Shown here piece after piece: positions 17,024 to 26,487 of a stretch of 64,000 bases of DNA. The stretch's first letter is position 1; every line of letters begins with the position of its first letter. Position numbers and translations under genes: made by a program. Source of the DNA: Candidatus Beckwithbacteria bacterium (lineage in GTDB: Bacteria > Patescibacteriota > Microgenomatia > UBA1400 > CG1-02-47-37); NCBI GenBank assembly GCA_026397255.1, contig JAPLVF010000011.1:7589-71588 (forward strand). Direction: 5' to 3'. The notes beneath the pieces were generated by a model. That model had not been told where the DNA came from. It saw only the letters and a list, made by a program, of their open reading frames with translations, and searched no databases.

Positions 17024-17493
17024 AAAATCTCTTAGCCAAAATCTATAAAATTTTACATCTTTCTAAGGGATTGCAATTATTTGTCATGCGTTTTTTTCAA
17101 GATAAATTTCTAGTTGGGGTGACAGGAATTATTTTTAATGACAAAAATGAAGTACTGCTTTTCAAGCATACTTATCGATCGCATGCCTGGAGTTTACCGG
17201 GTGGCTACTTAAAGAGCGGGGAGCATCCGTGCGAAGCCCTGGAAAGAGAAATTAAAGAGGAGTCGGGACTGGTCGTCAGCGTGGATGAATCGCTGAAAAC
17301 CCGGACCGATCGGGAGAGCGCCCGTCTGGATATGTGCTACATCGGTGTTTTAATTGGCGGCGATTTTAAACCAACTCACGAAGTATCTGAATATGGTTGG
17401 TTTACCCAAGACAAACTGCCTTTGCTTCGAAAAAATCAGGTGTTTTTGATTGATGAAGCGCTGAAACAGCGGAAACTATCGAATTCTACTTAG
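17020..17493 (+). CDS. NUDIX hydrolase
   Basis: WSLPGG...GEHPCEALEREIKEESGL Nudix box. Confidence 0.92.
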   Translation: MKNLLAKIYKILHLSKGLQLFVMRFFQDKFLVGVTGIIFNDKNEVLLFKHTYRSHAWSLPGGYLKSGEHPCEALEREIKEESGLVVSVDESLKTRTDRESARLDMCYIGVLIGGDFKPTHEVSEYGWFTQDKLPLLRKNQVFLIDEALKQRKLSNST

Positions 17494-18412
17494 AAGCGCG
17501 AAAGATAAGCGTCATCGAGAGGATTACTTTTTGACCTGCCAATTCATACGGAGCCAATCTTCCCTCCGCGTTCGGCATTTCCGTCTCTGGGATTTTTTCA
17601 ATATAACCGCCCAAGTTTTGTACCCCAACAGATCCTTGATCACCCGAACCAATAGAATCAATAATTAATGCCCCCCTTTCATTACCTGCGCTAATGATGA
17701 AAAAGTGTGGCTGGTCGTGCGCCCAGGCCCGTAGGAGCAAAACTCCACTCTTACTAAGGGTAGTTACAAAATAGTTGGGCCAGTCAGACTCGTGGGCAGC
17801 CGAGCTGCAATGATCATCACAATAAGGTATCAAAGGACGTGTTGATATTGACAAACCGTTTTCTTGGCCAAGATAATCAATTGCCGACCAAAGTTGATAA
17901 TCGCTCATGGGGCCATCTGCTTGTATAGGCGGCATTTTTTCTTTAAGTTTATTGTAGACATTAGCTATGGTAATGTCAGGAACCTTACCAGTCTCGAAAT
18001 AGGTAAACATTTTTAATATAGTGGCAATAACTGCCTCACCACATCTGACACTACGGTTTTCAGTACCGACAATTCCTTCATACTGGGTATCGTCAAATTG
18101 GGACGTAAGAATGACTCTTCCGCTTGAATCTAGCGGTTTTGTAAAAAAGTCGGGATTGGCTAATAAAGATTTGCGTTTTTCCTCAGTTAGAGGTTCCCAG
18201 CTTTTTGTTGGTTCTTGGGTGGTTGCAGCTTCAGTCGCAATTGAGATTGATGTTGGTGTATCAAAAGGAGCGAAGGTTGGGGTTTCGATTGTCAAAGTCG
18301 GAAAAGTGTTTGTTGGAGTTGCCTCAGGTGTGGTGGGCGAGGCCTTACATCCAGTCTGGCTGGCAATAAGGGCAAGCACGCTAAGAGTATTTATCAAAGA
18401 AAGTTCTTTCAT
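17486..18412 (-). CDS. Secreted or lipoprotein with Pro/Thr linker and possible C39-like peptidase domain
   Basis: Signal peptide ending TGC, PT-rich linker, RCGEAVIATIL..HFFII..IIDS. Confidence 0.55.
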   Translation of the reverse strand: MKELSLINTLSVLALIASQTGCKASPTTPEATPTNTFPTLTIETPTFAPFDTPTSISIATEAATTQEPTKSWEPLTEEKRKSLLANPDFFTKPLDSSGRVILTSQFDDTQYEGIVGTENRSVRCGEAVIATILKMFTYFETGKVPDITIANVYNKLKEKMPPIQADGPMSDYQLWSAIDYLGQENGLSISTRPLIPYCDDHCSSAAHESDWPNYFVTTLSKSGVLLLRAWAHDQPHFFIISAGNERGALIIDSIGSGDQGSVGVQNLGGYIEKIPETEMPNAEGRLAPYELAGQKVILSMTLIFRASK

Positions 18413-18465
18413 GCAGCTGATTATACTCTACATTATAGGATTAATTTATACTATCGTTGGTGCTT

Positions 18466-18488
18466 TACAAGTAGTATAACTAGTTGTA
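18466..18488. promoter_or_regulatory. Inverted repeat over a -10-like element upstream of the RHH gene (putative operator)
   Basis: TACAAGTAGT-ATA-ACTAGTTGTA, 9 of 10 symmetric. Confidence 0.45.
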
Positions 18489-18499
18489 GTGTATGAAGT

Positions 18500-18670
18500 A
18501 TGACAACTAAGCAGAGAATAACTCTATTTATTAATCCGGCGATTGTTAAACAGGCTCGGGCTCAGGCGGTCGTTGAGGAATTAACTTTGACTAATCTTGT
18601 AGAAAAAGCCCTGACTAACTACTTACCAACGCAAACAGTAATTAAGAAAGCTGAAATTAATAAAAATTAA
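18500..18670 (+). CDS. Ribbon-helix-helix-like small DNA-binding protein (56 aa)
   Basis: Manual translation MTTKQRITLFINPAIVKQARAQAVVEELTLTNLVEKALTNYL. Confidence 0.7.
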   Translation: MTTKQRITLFINPAIVKQARAQAVVEELTLTNLVEKALTNYLPTQTVIKKAEINKN

Positions 18671-18686
18671 AGAAAGTGAGAGAGAT

Positions 18687-19088
18687 ATGTTACAACAACA
18701 AACACAGACAGGAGAAGAAGCCCAGGTTAAGACAGGGTCTCCCCAAAAAGCCTACCAAACAAAAAAGGCAATTTTTCGTACCTATCAAGTCATTTGGTAC
18801 ATTCTAGGGGTAATTGAGGTGGTTCTGGCATTTAGAGTTCTGTTTAAACTTCTTGGGGCAAGCACCCAGAGCGGATTTACCAGTTTCATCTATGCAATCA
18901 GCAGCCCCTTAGCTTTGCCGTTTGCGGGAATATTAGGGAAAACAGGAGTTTCAGGAATGATCCTGGAATGGTCAACGCTAATTGCTATGGCAGTTTATGC
19001 CGTGATTGCTTATGGAATTGTGGCGCTTTTTCAACTAGTTAAGCCCACGAATCAAGAGGAAGTAGAAGAAACAGTTGATAATCAATAA
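18687..19088 (+). CDS. YggT-like membrane protein
   Basis: LAFRVLFKLLGA..FTSFIYAISSPLALPFAGI. Confidence 0.75.
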   Translation: MLQQQTQTGEEAQVKTGSPQKAYQTKKAIFRTYQVIWYILGVIEVVLAFRVLFKLLGASTQSGFTSFIYAISSPLALPFAGILGKTGVSGMILEWSTLIAMAVYAVIAYGIVALFQLVKPTNQEEVEETVDNQ

Positions 19089-19110
19089 AAATACAGGAGG
19101 TGAGAAGAAT

Positions 19111-19314
19111 ATGACAACCATTATAAATACGCCTCCGGCTACTAAAGAGTCGGGAGGAAATATGGGAATGATCATTGGGTTGATTGTTCTGATTGTTGTG
19201 GTCTATCTGTTTTTTATGTTCGGACTGCCGGCGATTAGACGCGTGCAAGTCGGAGCGCCGCAGATTAATATACCGAGCAAAATAGACGTAAATATTAATC
19301 AGCCGAATCAATAA
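19111..19314 (+). CDS. Small single-TM protein
   Basis: GGAGGTGA SD; one hydrophobic helix. Confidence 0.7.
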   Translation: MTTIINTPPATKESGGNMGMIIGLIVLIVVVYLFFMFGLPAIRRVQVGAPQINIPSKIDVNINQPNQ

Positions 19315-19341
19315 ATTCTATAAAGAGAGGAAGTGAGAGAT

Positions 19342-19479
19342 ATGGGGTTATTAGATTTCATCATTATATTGTTAGTGATTTCCTGGTTGGGAGGATTTTC
19401 TCTCAAGATTGGCGGCGGGCTAATTCATTTACTGTTGGTGATTGCCGTAATTATTCTGATTGTCCGTCTTTTAGGGTAA
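19342..19479 (+). CDS. lmo0937/DUF5670-like small membrane protein (45 aa)
   Basis: Manual translation ...ISWLGGFSLKIGGGLIHLLLVIAVII. Confidence 0.75.
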   Translation: MGLLDFIIILLVISWLGGFSLKIGGGLIHLLLVIAVIILIVRLLG

Positions 19480-19496
19480 AAAGGAGGTGAAAAAAT

Positions 19497-19640
19497 ATGA
19501 GTCTATCTTTTACAAATTTAAGCCCTTTGGCTTCATTGGTATTCGGGATATTAATTCTGATGTTTCCGAAATTTCTTAATTATTTAATAGCGGTTTACCT
19601 GATTATTATTGGAATTATCGGATTAGGATTAATAAAATGA
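19497..19640 (+). CDS. DUF3096-like small membrane protein (47 aa)
   Basis: Manual translation ...SLVFGILILMFPKFLNYLIAVYLIIIGIIGL; AAGGAGGTGA SD. Confidence 0.75.
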   Translation: MSLSFTNLSPLASLVFGILILMFPKFLNYLIAVYLIIIGIIGLGLIK

Positions 19641-19969
19641 TAGCGGGAAAGCTTTATACGCAGCAGGAAGTAGATGTTTTGTTGGAGAAAAGAGAAGAGA
19701 AGCAAGAGGGGCAGGTGGTAAATAAACAAAAAAGACTGAATAGCAAGGCGGTGGAAAATTTGGTTAAAAAATCCAATCGGATATTGGTAAGCATCTCTTC
19801 TCATGCATTTCCTTTGGATATTTTTCCCGACACCATTAATATTGAAGAGGGAAGAATTATCGAGGGGTTAAGGATTTTTGAAAATAAACAAATAGACACT
19901 TTTAACTACACCAAGAAAGAACTGATCGCTAAGCTGGAAGAGTTAAGTACGACAAGAATAGTGACGTAA
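19637..19969 (+). CDS. Hypothetical protein, possibly internally deleted
   Basis: ATGA coupling to the upstream gene; 110 aa. Confidence 0.55.
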   Translation: MIAGKLYTQQEVDVLLEKREEKQEGQVVNKQKRLNSKAVENLVKKSNRILVSISSHAFPLDIFPDTINIEEGRIIEGLRIFENKQIDTFNYTKKELIAKLEELSTTRIVT

Positions 19970-20008
19970 ATCTTGACTGTTGGGGTTAGATTAGGAATAC
20001 TGATAGTA

Positions 20009-20365
20009 ATGATGGAAAGCTTTGGATATGCATTGAAAGGGATTGTTCAGGGATTTAAAGGGCGGAATTTTAAAATTCAACTGGGAGTGACAATGGTGGT
20101 GCTGGCGGCTTCGATTGGGCTGAAGATTTCGACAATTGAGTGGTTGGTAGTTTTATTGTTGATAGGAATGGTTTTAACAGCGGAATTATTTAATAGCAGT
20201 ATTGAAGAATTGGCTAATATTGTCCGCGATAGCAATAAATTTGGTCAGGGAGCGACCAAGTTGGTGCGGGACTTGGCGGCAGGAGCAGTATTAGTAATGG
20301 CACTGACAGCGGCAGTGGTGGGTTTAATAATATTTTTGCCTAAGATATTGATGTTGTTTCGATAA
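20009..20365 (+). CDS. dgkA: Diacylglycerol/undecaprenol kinase family protein
   Basis: SFGYALKG, ELFNSSIEE, RDLAAGAVL; exact start uncertain. Confidence 0.88.
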   Translation: MMESFGYALKGIVQGFKGRNFKIQLGVTMVVLAASIGLKISTIEWLVVLLLIGMVLTAELFNSSIEELANIVRDSNKFGQGATKLVRDLAAGAVLVMALTAAVVGLIIFLPKILMLFR

Positions 20366-21105
20366 AGCCAAATTAGGCCGGTTAACCACAAAATCATAAA
20401 AATACCAAATCCTTGCCAGACCAATTTTTTATTAAATGATTGATGCTCTTGACGAAAAAATCTTCTTTTGTATTCGATGTAGGCGATGGTTATGGTTAGC
20501 CAAGCCGTGCTGGTAGAGAGGCCGGCCAGAACATCGGTGGACCAATGGACGCCTAAATAGATCCGGGAGAAGGCTAACAGTAAGATAAAAATTGAACCTA
20601 AAATTAGAATACTGATTTTTTCCCATTTTTTTTGAAAATGCCTGACCCAAAAGTAAGTGAGCAGGCCGTAAAAGACAACGGCAAAATAACTGTGGCCGCT
20701 GGGAAAAGCAAACCCATGTTCGACAATTAAGGCGTTTTCCACCGGCGGCCGGGGGCGGGCAGTGAGAAGTTTTGTCAGCTCGACTAAAATCCAAGCGCTA
20801 GTGTTGCTGATTAACATGGTTAATAAGTAACGTCTTTTTTTGGCGGCCAAGAGAAGAAGAGAGGCCAGCAGGGTACCCCAGAGGAGCATTTGCCAGTTAG
20901 CGGTGAGACTGATTAAAAGCATGAGTTTATTTAAGATGGGTGTTCTTAAATGTTGGATAAATAAATTGATGGGTTGGTCAAAAAGAATTAAACCGTCTTT
21001 ATCGATAAAATTATCGGCTAACTTGATGGTAGTTAATAGCGCGGTCGCGAATAAACCGGCTAACAGTAACCATGATTCGCTCCGTTTAATTTTTATCCAA
21101 AACAT
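20245..21105 (-). CDS. PAP2-family membrane phosphatase
   Basis: K-x5-RPRP, FPSGHS, SRIYLGVHWSTDV. Confidence 0.92.
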   Translation of the reverse strand: MFWIKIKRSESWLLLAGLFATALLTTIKLADNFIDKDGLILFDQPINLFIQHLRTPILNKLMLLISLTANWQMLLWGTLLASLLLLAAKKRRYLLTMLISNTSAWILVELTKLLTARPRPPVENALIVEHGFAFPSGHSYFAVVFYGLLTYFWVRHFQKKWEKISILILGSIFILLLAFSRIYLGVHWSTDVLAGLSTSTAWLTITIAYIEYKRRFFRQEHQSFNKKLVWQGFGIFMILWLTGLIWLYRNNINILGKNIIKPTTAAVSAITNTAPAAKSRTNLVAP

Positions 21106-21173
21106 AAGTAATTATAGTATAAAACGAATGACTCTCGACTTGCATAAATAGAGGGCGATGTTTAAGATAAGGA

Positions 21174-21806
21174 ATGAAGCAAAAAGGCTTAATTTTATTG
21201 TTAATTTTGAGCGGGTTAACATTTTCAGGCTGTAGTTCAAAAATATCAACAAAAGTTAGCAATAGTCCGGTGGCCATTGCTGAAAAGGTGGGAAAGTGTC
21301 AGCCGGGAGAGGTGAGTTTGGAGAATTACGGCGACAAAGGAAAAAGATTAAGCAATTGTTTTGTGGAATATCCGGGCGAGCCGACGCGGCAGGACAAGAG
21401 TTACTACGTAGTGGAAGATATTTGCGGCCAGTTTGCCAAAGAGTTTGTGGAAAATGCCTTAGGAAGAACTATTGTAAGAATTGAGCCGGAAAAAATCAGC
21501 GGACTGTACAATTGCTCTTATTATTTGGACGACAAGGAATACGTGATGTTGGTATTGGATTATTTAACGATTGCTAATCAGAAAATCGGCCAGGAAGCAA
21601 TGGGAAGAACAACCAAAGAAGAACCGCGAATTCCGATGCGCAACATGGTGGTGTATCAGGAAAACGGGGTGGTTAATACGATTTACCTGGTGTTAGGAGA
21701 TGAAAAATTTATCAGCATTGAGCGGTCTTCCGGCAGTAATTTAAGCACGGAAGAACTGATTAATTTTGCCAGCAAGATTGCCGAAGGGATAAAAAATTAC
21801 AAGTAA
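21174..21806 (+). CDS. Hypothetical lipoprotein
   Basis: Lipobox FSGC. Confidence 0.7.
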   Translation: MKQKGLILLLILSGLTFSGCSSKISTKVSNSPVAIAEKVGKCQPGEVSLENYGDKGKRLSNCFVEYPGEPTRQDKSYYVVEDICGQFAKEFVENALGRTIVRIEPEKISGLYNCSYYLDDKEYVMLVLDYLTIANQKIGQEAMGRTTKEEPRIPMRNMVVYQENGVVNTIYLVLGDEKFISIERSSGSNLSTEELINFASKIAEGIKNYK

Positions 21807-21815
21807 AGGAGGGAC

Positions 21816-22382
21816 ATGCAGACAAATTCTTTAACCCAGCAAAATTTATTGAGGGCTTTCACGGGCGAGTCGCAGGCGAGAAATAAGTATACAGTTTTTG
21901 CCAAGATGGCCAGAAAAGAGAATTTGGAATGGGTGGCTCGAGTATTTGAGGAAACAGCGGAAAACGAACGAGTCCACGCCGAAGAATTATTTGAGCAGAT
22001 TAAGGGGGAAGTAAAGGCGCAGGCAGAATTAGAAATAAAGGCTTATAGTCAAACGATTGATAATTTGAAAGTGGCGGCAGCGGGAGAAAAATTTGAATGG
22101 ACAAAGATGTATCCGGATTTTGAAAAACAGGCGATTAGCGATAAAGAGCCGGAGTCGATTAGGCTGTTCGGCAGCTTAAAAAAAGTGGAAGAAAAACACG
22201 AAGAAAGATACATCATTATTGCTCATAAACTAGACAGCAAAACTTTGTATGACAGCGACGCGGAACTGGAGTGGAAGTGTGTTAATTGCGGCTATATCTA
22301 TAAAGGCAAGCGGCCGCCGGAAAAATGCCCGGTCTGCCAGAAACCATTTAGTTGGTACATGCCATTAGGGTTGGTAAGATAA
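21816..22382 (+). CDS. rbr: Rubrerythrin
   Basis: AFTGESQARNKY, ENERVHA, EEKHEERY, C-terminal CVNCG..CPVC. Confidence 0.93.
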   Translation: MQTNSLTQQNLLRAFTGESQARNKYTVFAKMARKENLEWVARVFEETAENERVHAEELFEQIKGEVKAQAELEIKAYSQTIDNLKVAAAGEKFEWTKMYPDFEKQAISDKEPESIRLFGSLKKVEEKHEERYIIIAHKLDSKTLYDSDAELEWKCVNCGYIYKGKRPPEKCPVCQKPFSWYMPLGLVR

Positions 22383-23099
22383 AGCGGCACCTAAGGCGGT
22401 AGCGTAAGCGGCATCAGGAAAGAAAAGCGGCTGGAGTTGAAAAAGGGCGCAAACTTGGCGTAAATAATTTTGAATTAACTTATTGGTGGCTAAGCGGCCG
22501 ACAAAGACGAGATTGTTTTCCTGAGTGGATTTGGCGGCCAAACAACTGGTCATAGCGATAGTTTCACTAACTAAGCAGATAATCCCGGCGGCTATGTCTT
22601 CTTTTTTGGTGGACTTTAATTTGCCGAAATTAGCGGCGGTGGCCTCAGGGGGCAATAAGCCGATACCATGGTTGAGAATATCACCAACGGTTAAATTAAC
22701 CTGAGTTTTATCTCCGGTTTGAGCGAGTTTAAACACGATTTCCGGCTGATCGGTTTTTAGGATAAGTTTGGCTAAGCCTATCAGGGTGCCGCCGCCAATG
22801 CCGGTGCCGCCGAGGTGGACAGACGGTTGGTTGGTTTTAGCCAAGGAAACACTGGTGCCGGTGCCGCAGCTGACTACAACAGCTTGGGTGAGCGAGGCAA
22901 GAAATAAGGCTCCCTGACAAACGCAGTCAAGTTCGTTTTTGTCCTGAGCGACAACTTTTTGATCAAAAGAAGGGAGAGAATCAAGCCAAGAGGAAGAAAA
23001 TTCCGAACGAGAAACGGATTGGTTAAAGACAATTTTTTTGTTATCAATAATAACGGCATCAACAAAGGAAGCACCACGATCCAAACCGAGAATTTTCAT
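22365..23099 (-). CDS. Type II pantothenate kinase-like ASKHA kinase
   Basis: GLDRGAS, VSCGTGTS, HLGGTGIGGGTLIGL, TAANFGK, ALGA. Confidence 0.75.
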   Translation of the reverse strand: MKILGLDRGASFVDAVIIDNKKIVFNQSVSRSEFSSSWLDSLPSFDQKVVAQDKNELDCVCQGALFLASLTQAVVVSCGTGTSVSLAKTNQPSVHLGGTGIGGGTLIGLAKLILKTDQPEIVFKLAQTGDKTQVNLTVGDILNHGIGLLPPEATAANFGKLKSTKKEDIAAGIICLVSETIAMTSCLAAKSTQENNLVFVGRLATNKLIQNYLRQVCALFQLQPLFFPDAAYATALGAALSYQP

Positions 23100-23131
23100 A
23101 AGTTAATATTATATAGTATACTTTCTAAAGT

Positions 23132-23389
23132 ATGACTAAACTTAAAGTAGTTAATATCAAGTGCGGCGGCTGTGAGAACAGCATTAAGAGGATACTGGGA
23201 AAGCAGGGTTTGACTGAAATTAAAGTCAGTCCGGAAACTCAAACTGTTGAATTTAATGGCGATGAAGTCGTGGCCCGAAAAATCTTGACCGGTATGGGTT
23301 ATCCGGCCGCGGACAGTCCGGAAGCTAAGAGTTTGTTGAAAAAAGCCCAGTCTTATGTTTCCTGCTTGATCGGCAGGATTAAAAAATAA
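23132..23389 (+). CDS. Heavy-metal-associated (HMA) domain protein
   Basis: NIKCGGCENSI; KAQSYVSCLIGR tail. Confidence 0.85.
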   Translation: MTKLKVVNIKCGGCENSIKRILGKQGLTEIKVSPETQTVEFNGDEVVARKILTGMGYPAADSPEAKSLLKKAQSYVSCLIGRIKK

Positions 23390-23413
23390 CACAATCGATT
23401 AAAATAGCCGGTT

Positions 23414-24235
23414 ATGAAGCGGTTAGGACTTAGTTTAATTATATTATTGGTTTTCATAGGAGTGGGAGTAATGATTTCACGGCCAAAACCAGTTCAACCC
23501 GTGGGGGTCATTAGTCCCAGCCCAAGCCCCAGCTTGAGTCCTAGTCCCAGCCCTAGCCCGTTGAGTTTTAGTGAAATGAATCAGCTTTATGGTCCGTGCG
23601 CGTGGGCGCCGAGCCTGATGTATCATCATATTGCCAAAGAAGCGGCAAATTTGACGGTGACCACGGAATGGTTCAGAAAACAGATGGAGTATTTAAGAGA
23701 CCATGGTTATACGGTAATCGGAGCGGGAGAGTTAGTGGCTTGGTTTGACCAAGGACAAGGATTAGGGAAGAAAGCGGTTTTGTTGACTTTTGATGATGCC
23801 TATGAGGACTTTTTTAGCGAGGCGTATCCAATTTTAAAAGAATTTGGTTTTAAAGCGACTGTGTTTGTGCCGACCGGTTTAGTCAATAATCCGGGTTATT
23901 TGTCTTGGGACCAGATTCGAGAGATGAGCCAGTCAGGGCTCGTGACTTTTGGTAACCACACTTGGTCGCACAATAATTTAGGGGGGAATAGGGAGACCGT
24001 GAATAACGAGATTGGTTTGGCAGATACACAACTGACAGAACACGGTTTAAATTCACCGAAACTTTTGGCCTATCCTTACGGATCGGCTTGGGGGTTGGCA
24101 GAAACAGTGGCCGGGGAAAAAGGCTATTTGTTGGGTTTTACGACCCAACCCGGTTCGATTTTATGTAAAAAAATGAGATTAGAGTTACCGCGGACAAGAA
24201 TCGGGAATGCTTCACTGGCGGCTTACGGTTTTTAA
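23414..24235 (+). CDS. Polysaccharide deacetylase (NodB/CE4) with membrane anchor and Pro-Ser linker
   Basis: LMYHH, LTFDDAY, NHTWSH, AYPYG. Confidence 0.92.
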   Translation: MKRLGLSLIILLVFIGVGVMISRPKPVQPVGVISPSPSPSLSPSPSPSPLSFSEMNQLYGPCAWAPSLMYHHIAKEAANLTVTTEWFRKQMEYLRDHGYTVIGAGELVAWFDQGQGLGKKAVLLTFDDAYEDFFSEAYPILKEFGFKATVFVPTGLVNNPGYLSWDQIREMSQSGLVTFGNHTWSHNNLGGNRETVNNEIGLADTQLTEHGLNSPKLLAYPYGSAWGLAETVAGEKGYLLGFTTQPGSILCKKMRLELPRTRIGNASLAAYGF

Positions 24236-24736
24236 GGTAAAAATAAAAAATTCAGTATTTTTATCCTGCCAGGCGGTCGGAGACAGGCCGGCTTTGAGGC
24301 AGAGTTGGGTGACAAATTCTTTTGGTTCGGGTAATTCTTTCCAGACTTGAGGTAAAAACAGGGCTCGCTTGCCGGACTGTTCAATTACTAGCCCCGGTTT
24401 ATCTTTGGAAAGAAAACTTAACAGGCTGGCAGTAGATTTAGGGTGATAGGGTTTTAGGGGTGTTAGCACCGAAACTTCTAGCGTCAGGCGGGGCAGTTCG
24501 TCTTGAGTAACTGGGTTAAACCGCCAGTCAGCAGTTGCCGCTTCAATGGCATTCCGGATGATATTTTTCTCCAGCGGTTCAAAGGCTTCCGGCGTGCCAA
24601 TACAACCTCTTAGCCTACCGTTGATATAAAGTGTCACAAAGCAGGCGCCGACTGGTTTTTTTGGTTTAATTTCCAACACCTGTTCGGTTTTGAGGTAATG
24701 GCTGATGGCGCGGAAAGCCAATTCTTCGTTATTCAT
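24212..24736 (-). CDS. amrA: AmmeMemoRadiSam system protein A (AMMECR1)
   Basis: ACFVTL..LRGCIG, EVSVLT, FLPQVW, LCLKAG; start taken at MNNEE. Confidence 0.92.
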   Translation of the reverse strand: MNNEELAFRAISHYLKTEQVLEIKPKKPVGACFVTLYINGRLRGCIGTPEAFEPLEKNIIRNAIEAATADWRFNPVTQDELPRLTLEVSVLTPLKPYHPKSTASLLSFLSKDKPGLVIEQSGKRALFLPQVWKELPEPKEFVTQLCLKAGLSPTAWQDKNTEFFIFTLKTVSRQ

Positions 24737-25487
24737 AAAAACCAAGACTAGCATAACCGACAACCTGAGATTTGTCACCGGAAGCTGAAGCGGAAGTATC
24801 ATAGCAAAGCAGCTGGGGGAGCCAATGTTTGGTTTTAGCAATACCTAAGAGGATTTGAATGGCCGTAGTGCCGCAAGCGACATTATCATGGTCAGCAAAG
24901 TACCCGGAATTTAATTTTAAAATGGCATCAATTGTGGTTTGGTCGGTTTTATTGGCAACTGTTTCCGGTAAATAATGAGAGAGGTCAGAAGAAACTAAAA
25001 AAATCGAATCAGGGTAAGCTTTAATCAGATAATCGGCCGTTTCTTGATGGCTTAGCTCACCGGTTAAAAAAGCCGTAAAAGAAAATTCCGGCAAGCAAAA
25101 TTGTAGAAAGGGTAGTTGGACTTCCAGACAGTGTTCCAGCTGATGCGGCTGGTTGTTTAAAAAATCCTTGGCAGGAAGATGGGCGATTTTCCCTAGTGGT
25201 GTTTGCCAGAACTTGTCAGTAGAGCCGGCTAAACCGGAAAAATAACCATGATGCGATGGGCCAAGTAAAACAAAATGCTGGTTTTTAGTGGGCTTTAATT
25301 GTTTAAAGCCCCAGGCGGCAGTTGGGCCGGAATAAATATAGCCGGCGTGGGGCAGGATCAGGGCTTTAGGGTTTAGGGCAATAGGGCGAGAGTGAGAAAA
25401 ATAATTTTTCAAAAGTGTTTTTAGCCCGAGAGGATTATCGGGATAGAAACTGCCGGCGACAGCCGCTTGTCTAGTGCCAGACGCCAT
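24729..25487 (-). CDS. amrB: AmmeMemoRadiSam system protein B (Memo)
   Basis: AVAGSFYP, PHAGYIYSG, GPSH, EHCLEVQLPFLQ, SSDLSHY, VVGYA. Confidence 0.94.
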   Translation of the reverse strand: MASGTRQAAVAGSFYPDNPLGLKTLLKNYFSHSRPIALNPKALILPHAGYIYSGPTAAWGFKQLKPTKNQHFVLLGPSHHGYFSGLAGSTDKFWQTPLGKIAHLPAKDFLNNQPHQLEHCLEVQLPFLQFCLPEFSFTAFLTGELSHQETADYLIKAYPDSIFLVSSDLSHYLPETVANKTDQTTIDAILKLNSGYFADHDNVACGTTAIQILLGIAKTKHWLPQLLCYDTSASASGDKSQVVGYASLGFYE

Positions 25488-26487
25488 AAATTTTATAGCC
25501 GCAGTTACTACAGCGGCCGGTTTTGGTATTTAAATTCTCGATTTGACCGACATAATGGCTGCGGGAGATCAGCAGGATTTGACAGTGGGGGCAGATCGTC
25601 GAGGAGTGTTTCGGGTCAAAAACATTGCCGATGTAGATATAATGCAAACCGGACTTTTTACCAATCTGACAAGCTTTGATTAAAGTGGAATGAGGCGTGA
25701 CTGGAATATCAGTCATTTTATAGTCCGGGTGGAAAGCGGAAAGGTGCCAGGGAATATCCGGAGAGATCTGATATAAAAATTTAGCAATTTGGGTTAACTC
25801 TTTGACAGAATCGTTATGGTTGGGAATGATCAAGGTGGTAATTTCGGTGGCAATGCCGGACTGGAAAAAGCGCTTAATATTGGCCTTTACCGGTTCGATT
25901 TTAGCCTTACAAATCGTTTGGTAAAACTTAGCGGAAAAACTTTTTAAGTCAATATTAATGGCGTCCAAATATGGTTTTAAATAATTAAACGTTTCGACAG
26001 ACTCAAAACCATTGGAAACATAGACGTTTTTCAAGCCTTTCTTTTTGGCTAAAACAGCGGTGTCATGAGCAAATTCCACAAAAATCGCCGGTTCATTGTA
26101 AGTGTAGGCAATACCGGAAGCGTGTTGGGATAAGGCCAGGTCCACCAGTTCTTCAGGAGTAATTTTAGTGGTATTGATTTTCAGACCGGTTTTGTTTCCC
26201 TGGCTTTGCTCCCAGTTTTGGCAAAAAGTGCAAGCAAAGTTGCAGCCGACCGTGCCGAAAGAAAGGAGGTTAGAGCCGGGTAAGAAATGATAGAGCGGTT
26301 TTTTCTCAACCGGATCGAGCGCCGGGCCGACGATTTGACCGTAAACCAAAGAATAAAGCCGGCCGTTTTTATTTAAGCGGGTGGCGCAGACGCCTAAGTT
26401 CCCAGGAGCGATGCGGCAATACCAAGAACAAGCCTGGCATTGGACGACTCCACCACTCAGTTTTTTAAATACTTTTGCTGCTTTCAC
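25471..26487 (-). CDS. amrS: AmmeMemoRadiSam system radical SAM enzyme
   Basis: DPVEKKPLYHF, GCNFACTFCQNW, YTYNEP, NIDLK. Confidence 0.95.
   Translation of the reverse strand: MKAAKVFKKLSGGVVQCQACSWYCRIAPGNLGVCATRLNKNGRLYSLVYGQIVGPALDPVEKKPLYHFLPGSNLLSFGTVGCNFACTFCQNWEQSQGNKTGLKINTTKITPEELVDLALSQHASGIAYTYNEPAIFVEFAHDTAVLAKKKGLKNVYVSNGFESVETFNYLKPYLDAINIDLKSFSAKFYQTICKAKIEPVKANIKRFFQSGIATEITTLIIPNHNDSVKELTQIAKFLYQISPDIPWHLSAFHPDYKMTDIPVTPHSTLIKACQIGKKSGLHYIYIGNVFDPKHSSTICPHCQILLISRSHYVGQIENLNTKTGRCSNCGYKIYGVWH

Noticed and set aside
23512-23560. Ser-Pro repeat array
   Set aside because: Ordinary linker with varied codons, not CRISPR or VNTR
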